64,000 bases of DNA from an uncultured Micropruina sp. (GCA_964453585.1 CAYVOW010000003.1:1616-65615); one strand, 5' to 3'; shown: positions 44,165 to 53,565, counted from the first letter of the stretch. The notes: a model not told the origin generated them from the letters alone. A program made the numbers and translations.

Positions 44165-45427
44165 TCAGACCAGGAAGCGGTAGAACGGGCTATCGGGGTC
44201 GACCGGCTCGACCTGAATGTTGGACGAGGCCATCCGCTCCAGCAGCGCCGGCAACTCGGCCGGCTCCCCGATCTCGATGCCGACCAGGGCAGGTCCGGTG
44301 TCCCGGTTCGATCGCTTCACGTACTCGAACAGGGTGATGTCGTCGTCGGGACCGAGCACCTCGTCGAGGAAGCGACGCAGGGCGCCGGGCTCCTGCGGGA
44401 AGTTGACCAGGAAGTAGTGCTTGCGGCCCTCGTAGACCAAGGCCCGCTCCTGGATCTCGGCGTAGCGGGTGAGGTCGTTGTTGCCGCCAGAAACCACGGC
44501 CACCACCGTGCTCCCGGGTGCTGGGTTGAAGACCCCGAGGACGGCGGTAGCCAGCGCTCCCGCGGGCTCGGCGATGATCCCGTCGGACTGGTAGAGCTCC
44601 AGCATTTCGCTACAGACCCGACCCTCGGGGACGGCGAACATCTGCGGCGGGTGCTGTTGGGTGACGCTGAGGGTGAGCTCGCTCACCCGGCGGACGGCGG
44701 CCCCGTCCACGAATGTGTCCAGCTTGTGCAGGGCGACCGGCCTTCCCGCGTCCAGCGCCGTCGCCATCGAGGCTGCACCGGCCGGTTCCACCCCGATCAC
44801 CCGGGTCTGAGGGTGGTGTTCGGCGAGCCAGAGGAGGCAGCCCGCCAGCATCCCGCCGCCGCCCACCGGGAGGATGAGGATGTCGGGCGCGTGGCCGAGT
44901 TGGTCCACGATCTCCCGGGCCACGGTGCCCTGGCCGGCGATCGTCCGGGGGTCGTCGAAGGCCGGGACCGGGACGCGTCCGGTCGCCGAGGCTGCTTCCG
45001 CCGCCAGTGCGGCGGCCTCGTCGTAGGTGTCGCCCTGGACCACCAGTTCCACCACGCCCTCGCCGAGCTCGCGCATTCGCTGCCGCTTCTGGCGCGGGGT
45101 GGTCGACGGGACGAAGATCTGGGCCGAGATGTTCAGCCGGGCGCAGGCGTAGGCGACGCCCTGGCCGTGGTTCCCGGCGCTGGCGCAGACCACGCCCGCG
45201 TCCCGCTCGTCCGGGGTCAGTTGGTCGATCAGGTTGTAGGCCCCGCGCAGCTTGTAGCTGCGAACCGGTTGCAGATCCTCGCGCTTGAGCAGGACGTTGG
45301 CACCGGTGCGGGCGCTCAGCCGGGTGTTGGTCTGCAGGGGGGTCCGCGCGACAACACCGACCAACCGCTCAGCGGCGGCGTCGACGGCCGCCGCGCTGAG
45401 CTGGGGTCCGGACTGCATGGGCGTCAT
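44165..45427 (-). CDS. ilvA: Threonine ammonia-lyase (threonine dehydratase)
   Basis: LKREDLQPVRSYKLRGAYN (PLP lysine), ASAGNHGQGVA, PVGGGGMLAG. The C-terminal ACT-like regulatory domain reads HYFLVNFPQEPGALRRFL. Confidence 0.95.
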   Translation of the reverse strand: MTPMQSGPQLSAAAVDAAAERLVGVVARTPLQTNTRLSARTGANVLLKREDLQPVRSYKLRGAYNLIDQLTPDERDAGVVCASAGNHGQGVAYACARLNISAQIFVPSTTPRQKRQRMRELGEGVVELVVQGDTYDEAAALAAEAASATGRVPVPAFDDPRTIAGQGTVAREIVDQLGHAPDILILPVGGGGMLAGCLLWLAEHHPQTRVIGVEPAGAASMATALDAGRPVALHKLDTFVDGAAVRRVSELTLSVTQQHPPQMFAVPEGRVCSEMLELYQSDGIIAEPAGALATAVLGVFNPAPGSTVVAVVSGGNNDLTRYAEIQERALVYEGRKHYFLVNFPQEPGALRRFLDEVLGPDDDITLFEYVKRSNRDTGPALVGIEIGEPAELPALLERMASSNIQVEPVDPDSPFYRFLV

Positions 45428-45615
45428 TGTGCCGCAGGCAGGCCGGGCTGCTGGACGGGGGCGGTGGGGGTGGGCGGCCAGGGGTGGACTGTGGGCGTCC
45501 TCCGCAGGTGGTGACGGGACGTAGCGGCGGGTTGGTGGTCAGGACGACGTACACGCCGTCACGTGGGTGCAGCCAGCCGGGGTGGGAGGATCGTCAGTTT
45601 CCGGACCGGCCGGAG

Positions 45616-45722
45616 CCGGGTTGACCAACCCAACCTCTGATTCCGGGACTCCGCGGGACCGGGTTGACCCGCCCAACCGCCTGATTCCGGGAACTACGCG
45701 GGACCGGGTGGCCCGATCAACC
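45616..45722. repeat. Tandem direct repeat, 2.4 copies of a 43-45 bp unit
   Basis: Copy 1, 45616-45658: CCGGGTTGACCAACCCAACCTCTGATTCCGGGACTCCGCGGGA. Copy 2, 45659-45703: CCGGGTTGACCCGCCCAACCGCCTGATTCCGGGAACTACGCGGGA. Partial copy 3, 45704-45722: CCGGGTGGCCCGATCAACC. Confidence 0.85.
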
Positions 45723-45819
45723 ATCGACTCTGGGGCCAGCGCGGGCGGCCCGTCCGCACCCCGCGGCTACGCCATCAGCGATAGCGCACCTCGCGCCGCC
45801 CGGGACGCGCCCGCTCACC

Positions 45820-47427
45820 TCACCCCGCCGAAGGCTGGATCATCCCGTGGACGGGGGCCTCGATCCGCTCGGCCTCGGTGATCAGGTCCTCCAGCTCTGG
45901 AACGCCCCGGACCAGTTCGGCTCGTTCGGCGCCAGCGCGTTCCGTCTCGCCCCGACGTCGTCCCCCGGCGCCGATCATCGGCGTGACCTGCGCTGCATCC
46001 TCAACCAGTTCCGGGGCGGTGATGGGGCGCGGTGCGGCGTCGACCGGGGAGACGGCAGTCAGTTCCTTGTCGGTGACCCGCAGCTCACGCAGCTTGCGGG
46101 CCGCCGGGAAGACGCGCCCCTCGATGGACCCCACCGCGTCGTTGTACGCCCGCACCGAGGCGGTCAGCGAGCGGCCAATCTTGTCGAAGTGGCCACCGAG
46201 GGTGCCGAGCCGGTCGTACAGCTCACGGGCCAACTCGAACACCTGCTGCGCGGATTCGGCGAGGCCGACCTGCTTCCAGCCGTAGGCGACGGCGCGCAGC
46301 AGCGCGATCAGGGTGGTGGGGGTCGCGAGGATGACCGCCCGCTGGGCGGCGTACTCGTTCAGTTCGGGCATCCGGTTGAGGGCCTCGGTGGCCAGGGCCT
46401 CGCTGGGCACGAACAACACCACGAACTCAGGGGTGCCGGTGTGGGCCTTGTAGTACTCCTTTCCCGAGAGCTGATCGACATGGGTGCGGACGTTCTTGGC
46501 GAAGGCGTTCAGGCTGCGCTCCCGCGCGTCCTCGTCCTCGGTATCGAAGGCCTCCATGAAGGCGCTCAGCGGCACCTTGGAGTCGACGTAGATGAACCGC
46601 TGCCCGTCGAGGAGCACCTTCATGTCGGGCCGGATCACGTTGCCCGCGGTGGTGGACGTCGTCTGCTGGGTGAGGAAGTCGCAGTGCTCGACCATGCCGG
46701 CCAACTCCACGACCCGCTTGAGCTGCTGTTCGCCCCAATTTCCCCGGACGTGGGGCTTGCGCAGTGCCCTCGACAAGGACTGCGCCTCGACCCGCACCTG
46801 CTCACCAGTGAGTTGAACCGCCTTCACCTGGGCTCGAAGGTCCGTGGCCATCGCCACCCGCTCCTTCTCGACCTCGGTCAGCCGGGCGTTGAACTCCTGC
46901 AGGCTGGCCCGAACCGGCCCCATTAGCTGCTCGGTGGCCTTGAACCGATGCTCCGCCGAGGCGTCCACCGACTTGCCCTGACGTTCCATGGTCTCAGCGC
47001 TGAGCACCTTGAACTGGTTGACCAGGATCTCCCGGTCGGCGGCCTGCTCGTCGGCTCGTTGCCGGGCGGCCATGGCCTCGGCCCGGGCTTGCCCCACCGC
47101 CGCGTTGAGTGCCGCTACCTCGGCCAAAGCGTCTGCCATGTCGGCCCGCGCGGCCGCGGCTTCGGTTCGCGCTTCGGCCACCGCAGTAGCGGTCCGCGAC
47201 GCCTCCGAGCGAGCGACGGCAGCCTCCGCTCGGGCGTCTGCCGCCTCGGTGCGGGCGTCCGCGACCGAGCGCTCGGCCCGCGCGATCTCGGCCCGGGCGC
47301 GCTCGGCGAGCGCGACATCGTGAGCGCCGTTAGTGGTCTGACGGGCGCGCAGCACCAGCCAACTGGCCACCGTCCCGATCAAGACGCCGAGGGCCACGGC
47401 CAGCAGGAGTTCGCTTACATTCGCCAT
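45820..47427 (-). CDS. rmuC: DNA recombination protein RmuC
   Basis: N-terminal TM helix LLLAVALGVLIGTVASWLVL and an Ala/Arg/Glu-rich coiled coil. RmuC core: NWGEQQLKRVVELAGMVEHCDFLTQ, IRPDMKVLL, YVDSKVPL, FVVLFVPSEAL. ATG at 47427. Confidence 0.92.
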   Translation of the reverse strand: MANVSELLLAVALGVLIGTVASWLVLRARQTTNGAHDVALAERARAEIARAERSVADARTEAADARAEAAVARSEASRTATAVAEARTEAAAARADMADALAEVAALNAAVGQARAEAMAARQRADEQAADREILVNQFKVLSAETMERQGKSVDASAEHRFKATEQLMGPVRASLQEFNARLTEVEKERVAMATDLRAQVKAVQLTGEQVRVEAQSLSRALRKPHVRGNWGEQQLKRVVELAGMVEHCDFLTQQTTSTTAGNVIRPDMKVLLDGQRFIYVDSKVPLSAFMEAFDTEDEDARERSLNAFAKNVRTHVDQLSGKEYYKAHTGTPEFVVLFVPSEALATEALNRMPELNEYAAQRAVILATPTTLIALLRAVAYGWKQVGLAESAQQVFELARELYDRLGTLGGHFDKIGRSLTASVRAYNDAVGSIEGRVFPAARKLRELRVTDKELTAVSPVDAAPRPITAPELVEDAAQVTPMIGAGGRRRGETERAGAERAELVRGVPELEDLITEAERIEAPVHGMIQPSAG

Positions 47428-47541
47428 GTCAGAGAGTCTGCCGGGGGCCACTGACAGTTTTCGCGAGCGACCCACGCGGGGGGCCAGTTGCCCCGTCAAG
47501 TAGCGCCGACCCGGCCCATTCCGTCGCCTTCCGGGCGACGG

Positions 47542-48183
47542 TCAGGGGCTGACCGATTCGGCGGCCTCGTCGGTCACGATCTTCGACCGAGCCCTCTGAT
47601 ACTGGGTGTACCCGGTCGACACCAGGATCAAGAACGAGCCAATCGACACCACTGAGTAGAGCAGGTCCGGAATCACGAACTCCTTTCCGCCGACCCGGCG
47701 CGAGAGCCACTGGATGAGAGTCAGGATCGCGATGCTCAACCAGCCCCAGAAGATGGTGCGGGCGGTTTCGGTGGCCTCGGTGAAGTGCGCCTTGGTGGCC
47801 AGTCGGGTGTTGTGCGCCCAGCCCCAGGCCAGGGAAGAAGCGATCAGGCCAGGCACCAGCACCGCGGTGTCGGTGAAGCCGCCGGCTTCGTCGCGCCCGA
47901 CGTAGGCGATCCAGGCGATGCCGGCCAGCGGCGAGGCCAACAGGTAGTAGCTGTGATTGGCGAGGTCGCGTTTGGCCCGGTCCCAGCCGCGATAGCGGAC
48001 GAACACCGCGGCCAGCCCAACCAGGTAGGAGAGCACCGCCAGCCAATTGCTGACCACCACCTCGGCGAAGCCGTTGCCGGACACGCGCAGCAGGATCGCC
48101 AGCACCTGGAGTGCGAGGGAGGTCGCGAACATGGCCACCTCGACGCGTCGCCAGGGACGGGGAGTGATGCGAATCATCGGCAT
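47542..48183 (-). CDS. Hypothetical polytopic membrane protein
   Basis: Six hydrophobic segments (e.g. MFATSLALQVLAILL, NWLAVLSYLVGLAAVFV, IFWGWLSIAILTLI). No family recognised. Confidence 0.6.
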   Translation of the reverse strand: MPMIRITPRPWRRVEVAMFATSLALQVLAILLRVSGNGFAEVVVSNWLAVLSYLVGLAAVFVRYRGWDRAKRDLANHSYYLLASPLAGIAWIAYVGRDEAGGFTDTAVLVPGLIASSLAWGWAHNTRLATKAHFTEATETARTIFWGWLSIAILTLIQWLSRRVGGKEFVIPDLLYSVVSIGSFLILVSTGYTQYQRARSKIVTDEAAESVSP

Positions 48184-48269
48184 GGGCCGACGCTAGGACA
48201 GGTCAGGCTCTGCGGTGCCACGTCCCACCGGGGTGGTCGCCAGCCGAGGGCGGCTGAGAGGCTGGGGGC

Positions 48270-49544
48270 ATGGCTCTCGACCACGTTCACGACCTGGCCG
48301 CCTTCGTGACCGCATCGCCGTCCTCCTTTCACGCCGCCGCCGAAGTAGCGGCCCGGCTGGAGGGTGTGGGGTATCGGCGGGTGATCGAGGACCACCCGTG
48401 GCCGACCGAGCCGGGCGGCTACGGCCTCGTCCGGGACGGCTCGGTGGTGGCCTGGCAGGTTCCGGCCGACCTCGACCCTGCCCGGGCCGAGGTGCGCCTG
48501 GTCGGCGCGCACACTGACTCGCCAGGGTTCAAGCTGAAGCCCAACCCCTGGTCGAATTCCTGCGGCTGTCACCAGGCGGGCGTGGAGGTCTACGGCGGTC
48601 CGCTGCTCAACAGTTGGCTGGATCGCGAGTTCGGACTCGCCGGGCAGGTGGTCGACGCCCACGGCACCGTCCACCTCGTGCGAACCCCCGCCTGGCTACG
48701 GATTCCGCAACTCGCCCCGCACCTGGACCGCAGCGTCAACGACAAGCTGCAACTCGACCGGCAGCAGCACCTGCACCCGATCTACGGCACCTGGCTGGGG
48801 CTGCGCGATCGCGACCCCGACGTGCTGGACCTGATCGCCCAGGAGTGCGGCACGGGCCCGATTATCAGCCACGACCTGATCTCCTACGACGCCCAGCCTC
48901 CGGCCATCTTCGGACCCGCTGAGGACATGTTCGCCAGCGCCCGCCTCGACAACCTGGTCAGCGTTCACGCCGGGCTGCGGGCCCTGCAGGCGTCACAGCC
49001 GCATCGGAATGCGATTCAGTTGCTCGCCTGCTTCGACCACGAAGAGGTGGGCAGCGGCAGCCGGACGGGAGCATCCGGGCCGCTGTTGGAGAGCGTGTTG
49101 CGCCGGATCGCGTCCGGCCTCGGCTGGTCGGTCGACCAAGCCGAACAGTTGTGGGCCCGGTCGTTCCTGATCTCGGCCGACTGCGGTCACGCCGTGCACC
49201 CCAACTACCCGCAGTTTCACGATCCCGACCACAAGGTGATCATGAACGGCGGGCCGATCTTGAAGGTCAACGCCAACCAGCGCTACGCCTCGGACGCGCC
49301 TGGGCAGGCGCGCTGGCGGCGGGCGTGTGCGGCGGCCGACGTGCCGACGCAGGTATTCGTATCGAACAACGCTGTGCCCTGCGGCTCCACCATCGGACCA
49401 CTGTCGGCCACCCGACTCGGCATCCGGACGGTCGACGTCGGCGTCCCGCTGCTGTCGATGCACTCGGCGCGCGAGCTGTGCGGGGTGCGGGACCCCGGCT
49501 GGTTGGCCGACGCGCTGCTCGCGTTCTATCAGGACGGCGCGTGA
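48270..49544 (+). CDS. M18-family (aspartyl) aminopeptidase
   Basis: FVTASPSSFHA, LVGAHTDSPGFKLKPN, YGGPLLNSWLDRE, ASARLDNL, FDHEEVGS, ISADCGHAVHPNY, NANQRYA, GSTIGP, VDVGVPLLSMHSAREL. Confidence 0.93.
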   Translation: MALDHVHDLAAFVTASPSSFHAAAEVAARLEGVGYRRVIEDHPWPTEPGGYGLVRDGSVVAWQVPADLDPARAEVRLVGAHTDSPGFKLKPNPWSNSCGCHQAGVEVYGGPLLNSWLDREFGLAGQVVDAHGTVHLVRTPAWLRIPQLAPHLDRSVNDKLQLDRQQHLHPIYGTWLGLRDRDPDVLDLIAQECGTGPIISHDLISYDAQPPAIFGPAEDMFASARLDNLVSVHAGLRALQASQPHRNAIQLLACFDHEEVGSGSRTGASGPLLESVLRRIASGLGWSVDQAEQLWARSFLISADCGHAVHPNYPQFHDPDHKVIMNGGPILKVNANQRYASDAPGQARWRRACAAADVPTQVFVSNNAVPCGSTIGPLSATRLGIRTVDVGVPLLSMHSARELCGVRDPGWLADALLAFYQDGA

Positions 49545-49711
49545 GCCGCGAGCGCAGGCGCAGCAACCCGCACTTCTGAGAAAGCGCGGGATTGGTGATC
49601 GCACGGTGCCCTCGTACGGGCGAACCCGCTCCCGCGGGTCCATGGGATCACCAATTTCAGGGATCGGCGCCGGTCACCGCTTGAACGACGGCCGCGCCCG
49701 AGTCAGAATCG

Positions 49712-49732
49712 ATACCTAACAGTCTTAGGTAT
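49712..49732. promoter_or_regulatory. Perfect 8-5-8 palindrome, probable PadR autoregulatory operator
   Basis: ATACCTAA-cagtc-TTAGGTAT, ending 9 nt before the PadR GTG start. Confidence 0.5.
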
Positions 49733-49741
49733 GGGGGTCCG

Positions 49742-50098
49742 GTGGACATCGGGAAAGACTTGGTCGCTGCTTCATCGGCGCCGCTCATCTTGGGCGTCCT
49801 GGCTCGGGGCGACAGCTACGGCTACGCGATGATCCAGCAGGTGGCGGCGCTGTCGGACGGCCGCTTCGAGATGAGCGAAGGGTTGCTCTACCCACTGCTG
49901 CACCGACTGGAACGGCTCGGCCAGATTGAGGCGTTCTGGGGGGTTGGAGAGTCGGGGCGGCGCCGACGCTACTACCGGATCACGGCGGCTGGCCGACAGG
50001 CGCTGGCGGAACAGCGCAGCCAGTGGCGCACCGTCGAGGCGGCGCTGTCCGAGTTGTGGCGTATGGCGGCCGCGCCAGCAAGTGGGGTCCTGGCATGA
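49742..50098 (+). CDS. PadR-family transcriptional regulator
   Basis: PLILGVLARGDSYGYAMIQQV...EGLLYPLLHRLERLGQIEAFWG...RRRRYYRITAAGRQAL is the canonical PadR winged helix. Confidence 0.93.
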   Translation: MDIGKDLVAASSAPLILGVLARGDSYGYAMIQQVAALSDGRFEMSEGLLYPLLHRLERLGQIEAFWGVGESGRRRRYYRITAAGRQALAEQRSQWRTVEAALSELWRMAAAPASGVLA

Positions 50099-51456
50099 CG
50101 GGCCAGGCAAAGATGGACGCGGACGTGGCTGTCTGGCGCGCCCACCTCCAAAGCCGACCCGGCATCAGCGCCGGCGACGCGGACGAGTTGGAGGACCATC
50201 TGCGCGGACACCTGGACGACCTCATCGCCCGAGGGCTGACCCCCGACGAGGCCTTCCTGGTTGCGATCAAGCGGGTTGGAGTCCACAGCGAACTGGCCCG
50301 TGACTACGCCCAGGAGCACTCCGACCGACTGTGGAAGCACTTGGTCGGTTCCAGCGAGCCGCCCTCGTCCAGCCGGCCGCTGTTGATCACCCTGGGCTTC
50401 GCGGTGCTCGCGGGGCTTGCCGTCCAACTGCCCCTGTACCTTTCACGAGGGTGGGCTTCGCCCGCCCCGCCGCTGCTGCCGCTGACGGTGGCGGTGGTCG
50501 GTCTGGGTCTGGTTGTGGCTGGCTACTTCTGGTGGCTCCGGCGTCCGGTGCTTCCGGGGGTGGTCGCGGCGACGCTGGCGGCCCTCGCGACCCTCCTGGC
50601 GGCCCGGTTGGCCTTCCCCTTCCCGACATCAGCTTTCAGCGACACCGCTGCTCTTCAACTGCTGCACGCGCCGATCGCGCTGGTGGTGATTGTTGGTGCC
50701 TCCTACCTGGGGAGCTCCTGGCGGGACACCTCACGACGAATGGACTACCTGCGCTTCCTTGGCGAGGCGGCGATCTACTACACCCTGCTGGCCCTGGGCG
50801 GAGGAGTGCTGCTCGGGCTGACCGCGGGAGTGTTCAACCTGGTCGGGGTCGACGCGACCCCGATGCTGACCCAGTGGGTGCTCCCCCTGGGCGTCGGCGG
50901 CGCGGTGATCGTCGCGGCCTGGCTGGTGGAGGCCAAGAAGAGCGTCATCGAGAACATGGCGCCCGTCCTGACGGCGGTCTTCACCCCGCTGTTCACCCTG
51001 GTCCAACTGGCTTTCCTGGGTGCCATGACGGTTACCGGACGCCTGGTCGACCTGGACCGCAACGCCCTGATCGTGATCGACCTGCTCCTAGTGGTGGTCA
51101 CCGGGTTGCTGCTCTTCTCGGCCTCCGCCCGTCCGGCCGATGCTGCGCCGCGGGGCTTCGACTGGCTGCAGATCGCATTGGTGGCTAGCGCACTGATGAT
51201 CAACGTGTTCGCTTTGGTGGCCATGGCCGGGCGAATCAGTGAGTTCGGAGTGAGCCCGAACAAGCTGGCGGCGCTGGGCGAGAACGTGATCCTGGCCGTG
51301 CATTTGGCGGTGTCGGGTTTGCTCTATCTCGGCTTCCTGCGGGGCAAGCGTCCGTTCCGGGATCTGGTGGGTTGGCAGGGTCGGTTCCTGCCGGTGATCG
51401 GACTCTGGGCGGCTGTGGTCGTCCTGGTCTTTCCGCCGGTATTCGGCTTCCGCTGA
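50095..51456 (+). CDS. PadR-associated membrane protein (permease-prefix domain + DUF4153-like polytopic domain)
   Basis: ATGA overlap with the padR stop. The N-terminal soluble helix pattern WRAHLQSRPGISAGDADELEDHLRGHLDDLIARGLTPDEAFLVAIKRVG is followed by about 10 TM helices. Confidence 0.75.
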   Translation: MTGQAKMDADVAVWRAHLQSRPGISAGDADELEDHLRGHLDDLIARGLTPDEAFLVAIKRVGVHSELARDYAQEHSDRLWKHLVGSSEPPSSSRPLLITLGFAVLAGLAVQLPLYLSRGWASPAPPLLPLTVAVVGLGLVVAGYFWWLRRPVLPGVVAATLAALATLLAARLAFPFPTSAFSDTAALQLLHAPIALVVIVGASYLGSSWRDTSRRMDYLRFLGEAAIYYTLLALGGGVLLGLTAGVFNLVGVDATPMLTQWVLPLGVGGAVIVAAWLVEAKKSVIENMAPVLTAVFTPLFTLVQLAFLGAMTVTGRLVDLDRNALIVIDLLLVVVTGLLLFSASARPADAAPRGFDWLQIALVASALMINVFALVAMAGRISEFGVSPNKLAALGENVILAVHLAVSGLLYLGFLRGKRPFRDLVGWQGRFLPVIGLWAAVVVLVFPPVFGFR

Positions 51457-51498
51457 CGCCGATTCGGCGCGCGAGAGGAGCCCCCGTAGGCTTCCGCC

Positions 51499-52572
51499 GT
51501 GGCTTTGACAATCGGCATCGTGGGGCTGCCCAACGCGGGCAAGTCCACCCTCTTCAACGCGCTCACCCGTAACAACGTGCTCGCGGCGAACTACCCGTTC
51601 GCGACCATCGAGCCCAACGTGGGCGTCGTCGGGGTTCCGGACGAGAGACTGCCCGTGCTGGCCAAGCTGTACAACTCGGCGCAGACCATCCCGGCGACGG
51701 TGAGCTTCGTCGACATCGCCGGGATCGTGAAGGGTGCCTCTCAGGGTGAGGGGATGGGCAACGCTTTCCTGGCCAACATCCGCGAGGCGGACGCGATCTG
51801 CCAGGTCACCCGGGTGTTCCGCGATCCGGACGTCACCCACGTCGACGGGTCTGTGAACCCTGGGAGCGACATCGAGACGATCACCACCGAGCTGATCCTG
51901 GCCGACCTGCAGACCATCGAGAAGGCGCTGCCGCGGTTGGAGAAGGAGGCCCGGCTGAACAAGGACAAGCGGGAGTCCCTGGAGGCTGTCATCGCGGCCC
52001 AAACGGTGCTGAACTCGGGTCGCGGCGTCCACCAGGCCGGGCTGGACAAGGCTCCGCTGAGGGACCTCTTCCTGCTCACGGCGAAGCCCTACATCTACGT
52101 GTTCAACTGCGACTCCGATGAGTTGACCGATGACGACCTGAAGACCCGGATGCGGGCGCTGGTTGCCCCGTCGGAGGCGATCTTCCTCGACGCCAAGATC
52201 GAATCCGAACTGGTCGAGATGGACGCGGACGAGGCTCGCGAGTTCCTGGTCGAGATGGGAATCGACGAACCCGGCCTGGACACCCTCGCCCGGGTCGGCT
52301 ACGAAACGCTGGGCCTGCAGAGCTATCTGACCGCGGGCCCCAAGGAGTCCCGGGCCTGGACGATCCGTAAGGGCGCCACGGCGCCCGAGGCGGCCGGCGT
52401 GATCCACACCGACTTCCAGAAGGGGTTCATCAAGGCCCAGATCGTGAGCTTCGACGACTTGGTCGAACTCGGGTCGGAGGCGGCCGCCAAGGCGGCTGGC
52501 CGGATGCGGCTGGAGGGCAAGGACTACGTGATGGCGGACGGGGACGTGGTCGAGTTCCGCTTCAGTTCGTAG
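51499..52572 (+). CDS. ychF: Redox-regulated ribosome-binding ATPase YchF
   Basis: IGIVGLPNAGKSTLFNALT, NYPFATIEPNVG, FVDIAGIVKGAS, C-terminal TGS domain (SYLTAGPKESRAWTIRKGATAPEAAGVIHTDFQKGFIKA). GTG start. Confidence 0.96.
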   Translation: MALTIGIVGLPNAGKSTLFNALTRNNVLAANYPFATIEPNVGVVGVPDERLPVLAKLYNSAQTIPATVSFVDIAGIVKGASQGEGMGNAFLANIREADAICQVTRVFRDPDVTHVDGSVNPGSDIETITTELILADLQTIEKALPRLEKEARLNKDKRESLEAVIAAQTVLNSGRGVHQAGLDKAPLRDLFLLTAKPYIYVFNCDSDELTDDDLKTRMRALVAPSEAIFLDAKIESELVEMDADEAREFLVEMGIDEPGLDTLARVGYETLGLQSYLTAGPKESRAWTIRKGATAPEAAGVIHTDFQKGFIKAQIVSFDDLVELGSEAAAKAAGRMRLEGKDYVMADGDVVEFRFSS

Positions 52573-53383
52573 GTTCCTTCGTAGCTTCGAACACCATCAG
52601 GGGCTCCTTCGCGGTTCCCTTGAACGGGGTCTGTTTCCAGTCGCTCCAGACGTTCACCACGCGCAACCCCACGTCGGCGAGGTCACGGCAGAGGTTCTCG
52701 AAGGTTCGGAACTGGAGTCGCAGATCGATGTTCACGATCGCGCCGTCGTCCAGGAACTCGTTGTGGCAGTGCATGGTCACGATCCCGTTGTCGTCGGGTA
52801 GGTCGGCGATGACTGACTCCCGCAGTCTGCCAGCGGGTGTGCCGCGCTCGCCGAGTGGCTGGTTCCAGTCGAGCCAAGCCCGAGCGAGCGGGTTGCGTGA
52901 TTCGAAGACCAGGTGACCACCCTCTCGGAGTCCAGATGCCACCTGGCGCAGGGTCTCTCGCCACTCGTCGCCCACGATGTGCATCGCGACATTCCCGCTC
53001 ATGATGACGAGATCGGCGGAGTTCGGTGTGATCTGGGCGCTGGTTCCTAGCCTCCATTCGACCTGTTCACCTCCGGGACGCGATGCGGCCTTGGCAAGCA
53101 TTGCTCGTGCGGGATCGATGCCCATCACCTGCCGTCCGGGGCCGACGAGGGTCACGGTCAGGATGCCCGTACCGCAACCCAGATCGGCGACGGTCTTGGC
53201 CCCGGACATCCGGACGAAGGCACGAAAGTAGTCGTGGTCTGGCCCATCGGGGTTGTCGAAGTCGTAGATCGCAGCCAAGCGTTCGTCGTCGTAGGCCGGG
53301 TCAGGAGCGTAGTCCTCGAACCGAGCCGCGAGTTCGTCGGAGTGGGCAAGGATCTCCTCAACAGTGCGTGGCATGGTCATCAC
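52562..53383 (-). CDS. Class I SAM-dependent methyltransferase
   Basis: VADLGCGTGILT motif I and DLVIMSGNV motif II. Its 3' end overlaps the ychF 3' end by 11 nt (convergent). The start is ambiguous (GTG 53383, ATG 53380 or ATG 53374). Confidence 0.85.
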   Translation of the reverse strand: MMTMPRTVEEILAHSDELAARFEDYAPDPAYDDERLAAIYDFDNPDGPDHDYFRAFVRMSGAKTVADLGCGTGILTVTLVGPGRQVMGIDPARAMLAKAASRPGGEQVEWRLGTSAQITPNSADLVIMSGNVAMHIVGDEWRETLRQVASGLREGGHLVFESRNPLARAWLDWNQPLGERGTPAGRLRESVIADLPDDNGIVTMHCHNEFLDDGAIVNIDLRLQFRTFENLCRDLADVGLRVVNVWSDWKQTPFKGTAKEPLMVFEATKEPTN

Positions 53384-53565
53384 CTCAGAAACTTCTCGCG
53401 GGCACGCATCTCGTGGACGATGACGATGGCGGTGGTGCCCTGGGTGTAGCCGATCTCCAGGATGAGGGCGGCTTGGTTAGCGCCGATCAGCATGGTGAAC
53501 CCATCTTCCAGGTCCCAAGCTCGGATCGGGTTGCGGTTGGCGTGGAAGATCTCGTCTTCTGACAC
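53380..53565 (-). CDS. Small ORF (61 codons), possibly an N-terminally truncated toxin-like remnant
   Basis: GC3-rich. VSEDEIFHANRNPIRAWDLEDGFTMLIGANQAALILEIGYTQGTTAIVIVHEMRAREKFLR. The C-terminal pattern (beta strands followed by VHxMxxRxKF) recalls small toxin-like families, but this is from memory only. An in-frame stop lies 12 codons upstream of the GTG. Confidence 0.35.
   Translation of the reverse strand: MSEDEIFHANRNPIRAWDLEDGFTMLIGANQAALILEIGYTQGTTAIVIVHEMRAREKFLR

Noticed and set aside
45616-45722. Tandem repeats as a CRISPR array
   Set aside because: There are only 2.4 directly abutting copies with no spacers, the units are imperfect, and no cas genes are in the window.
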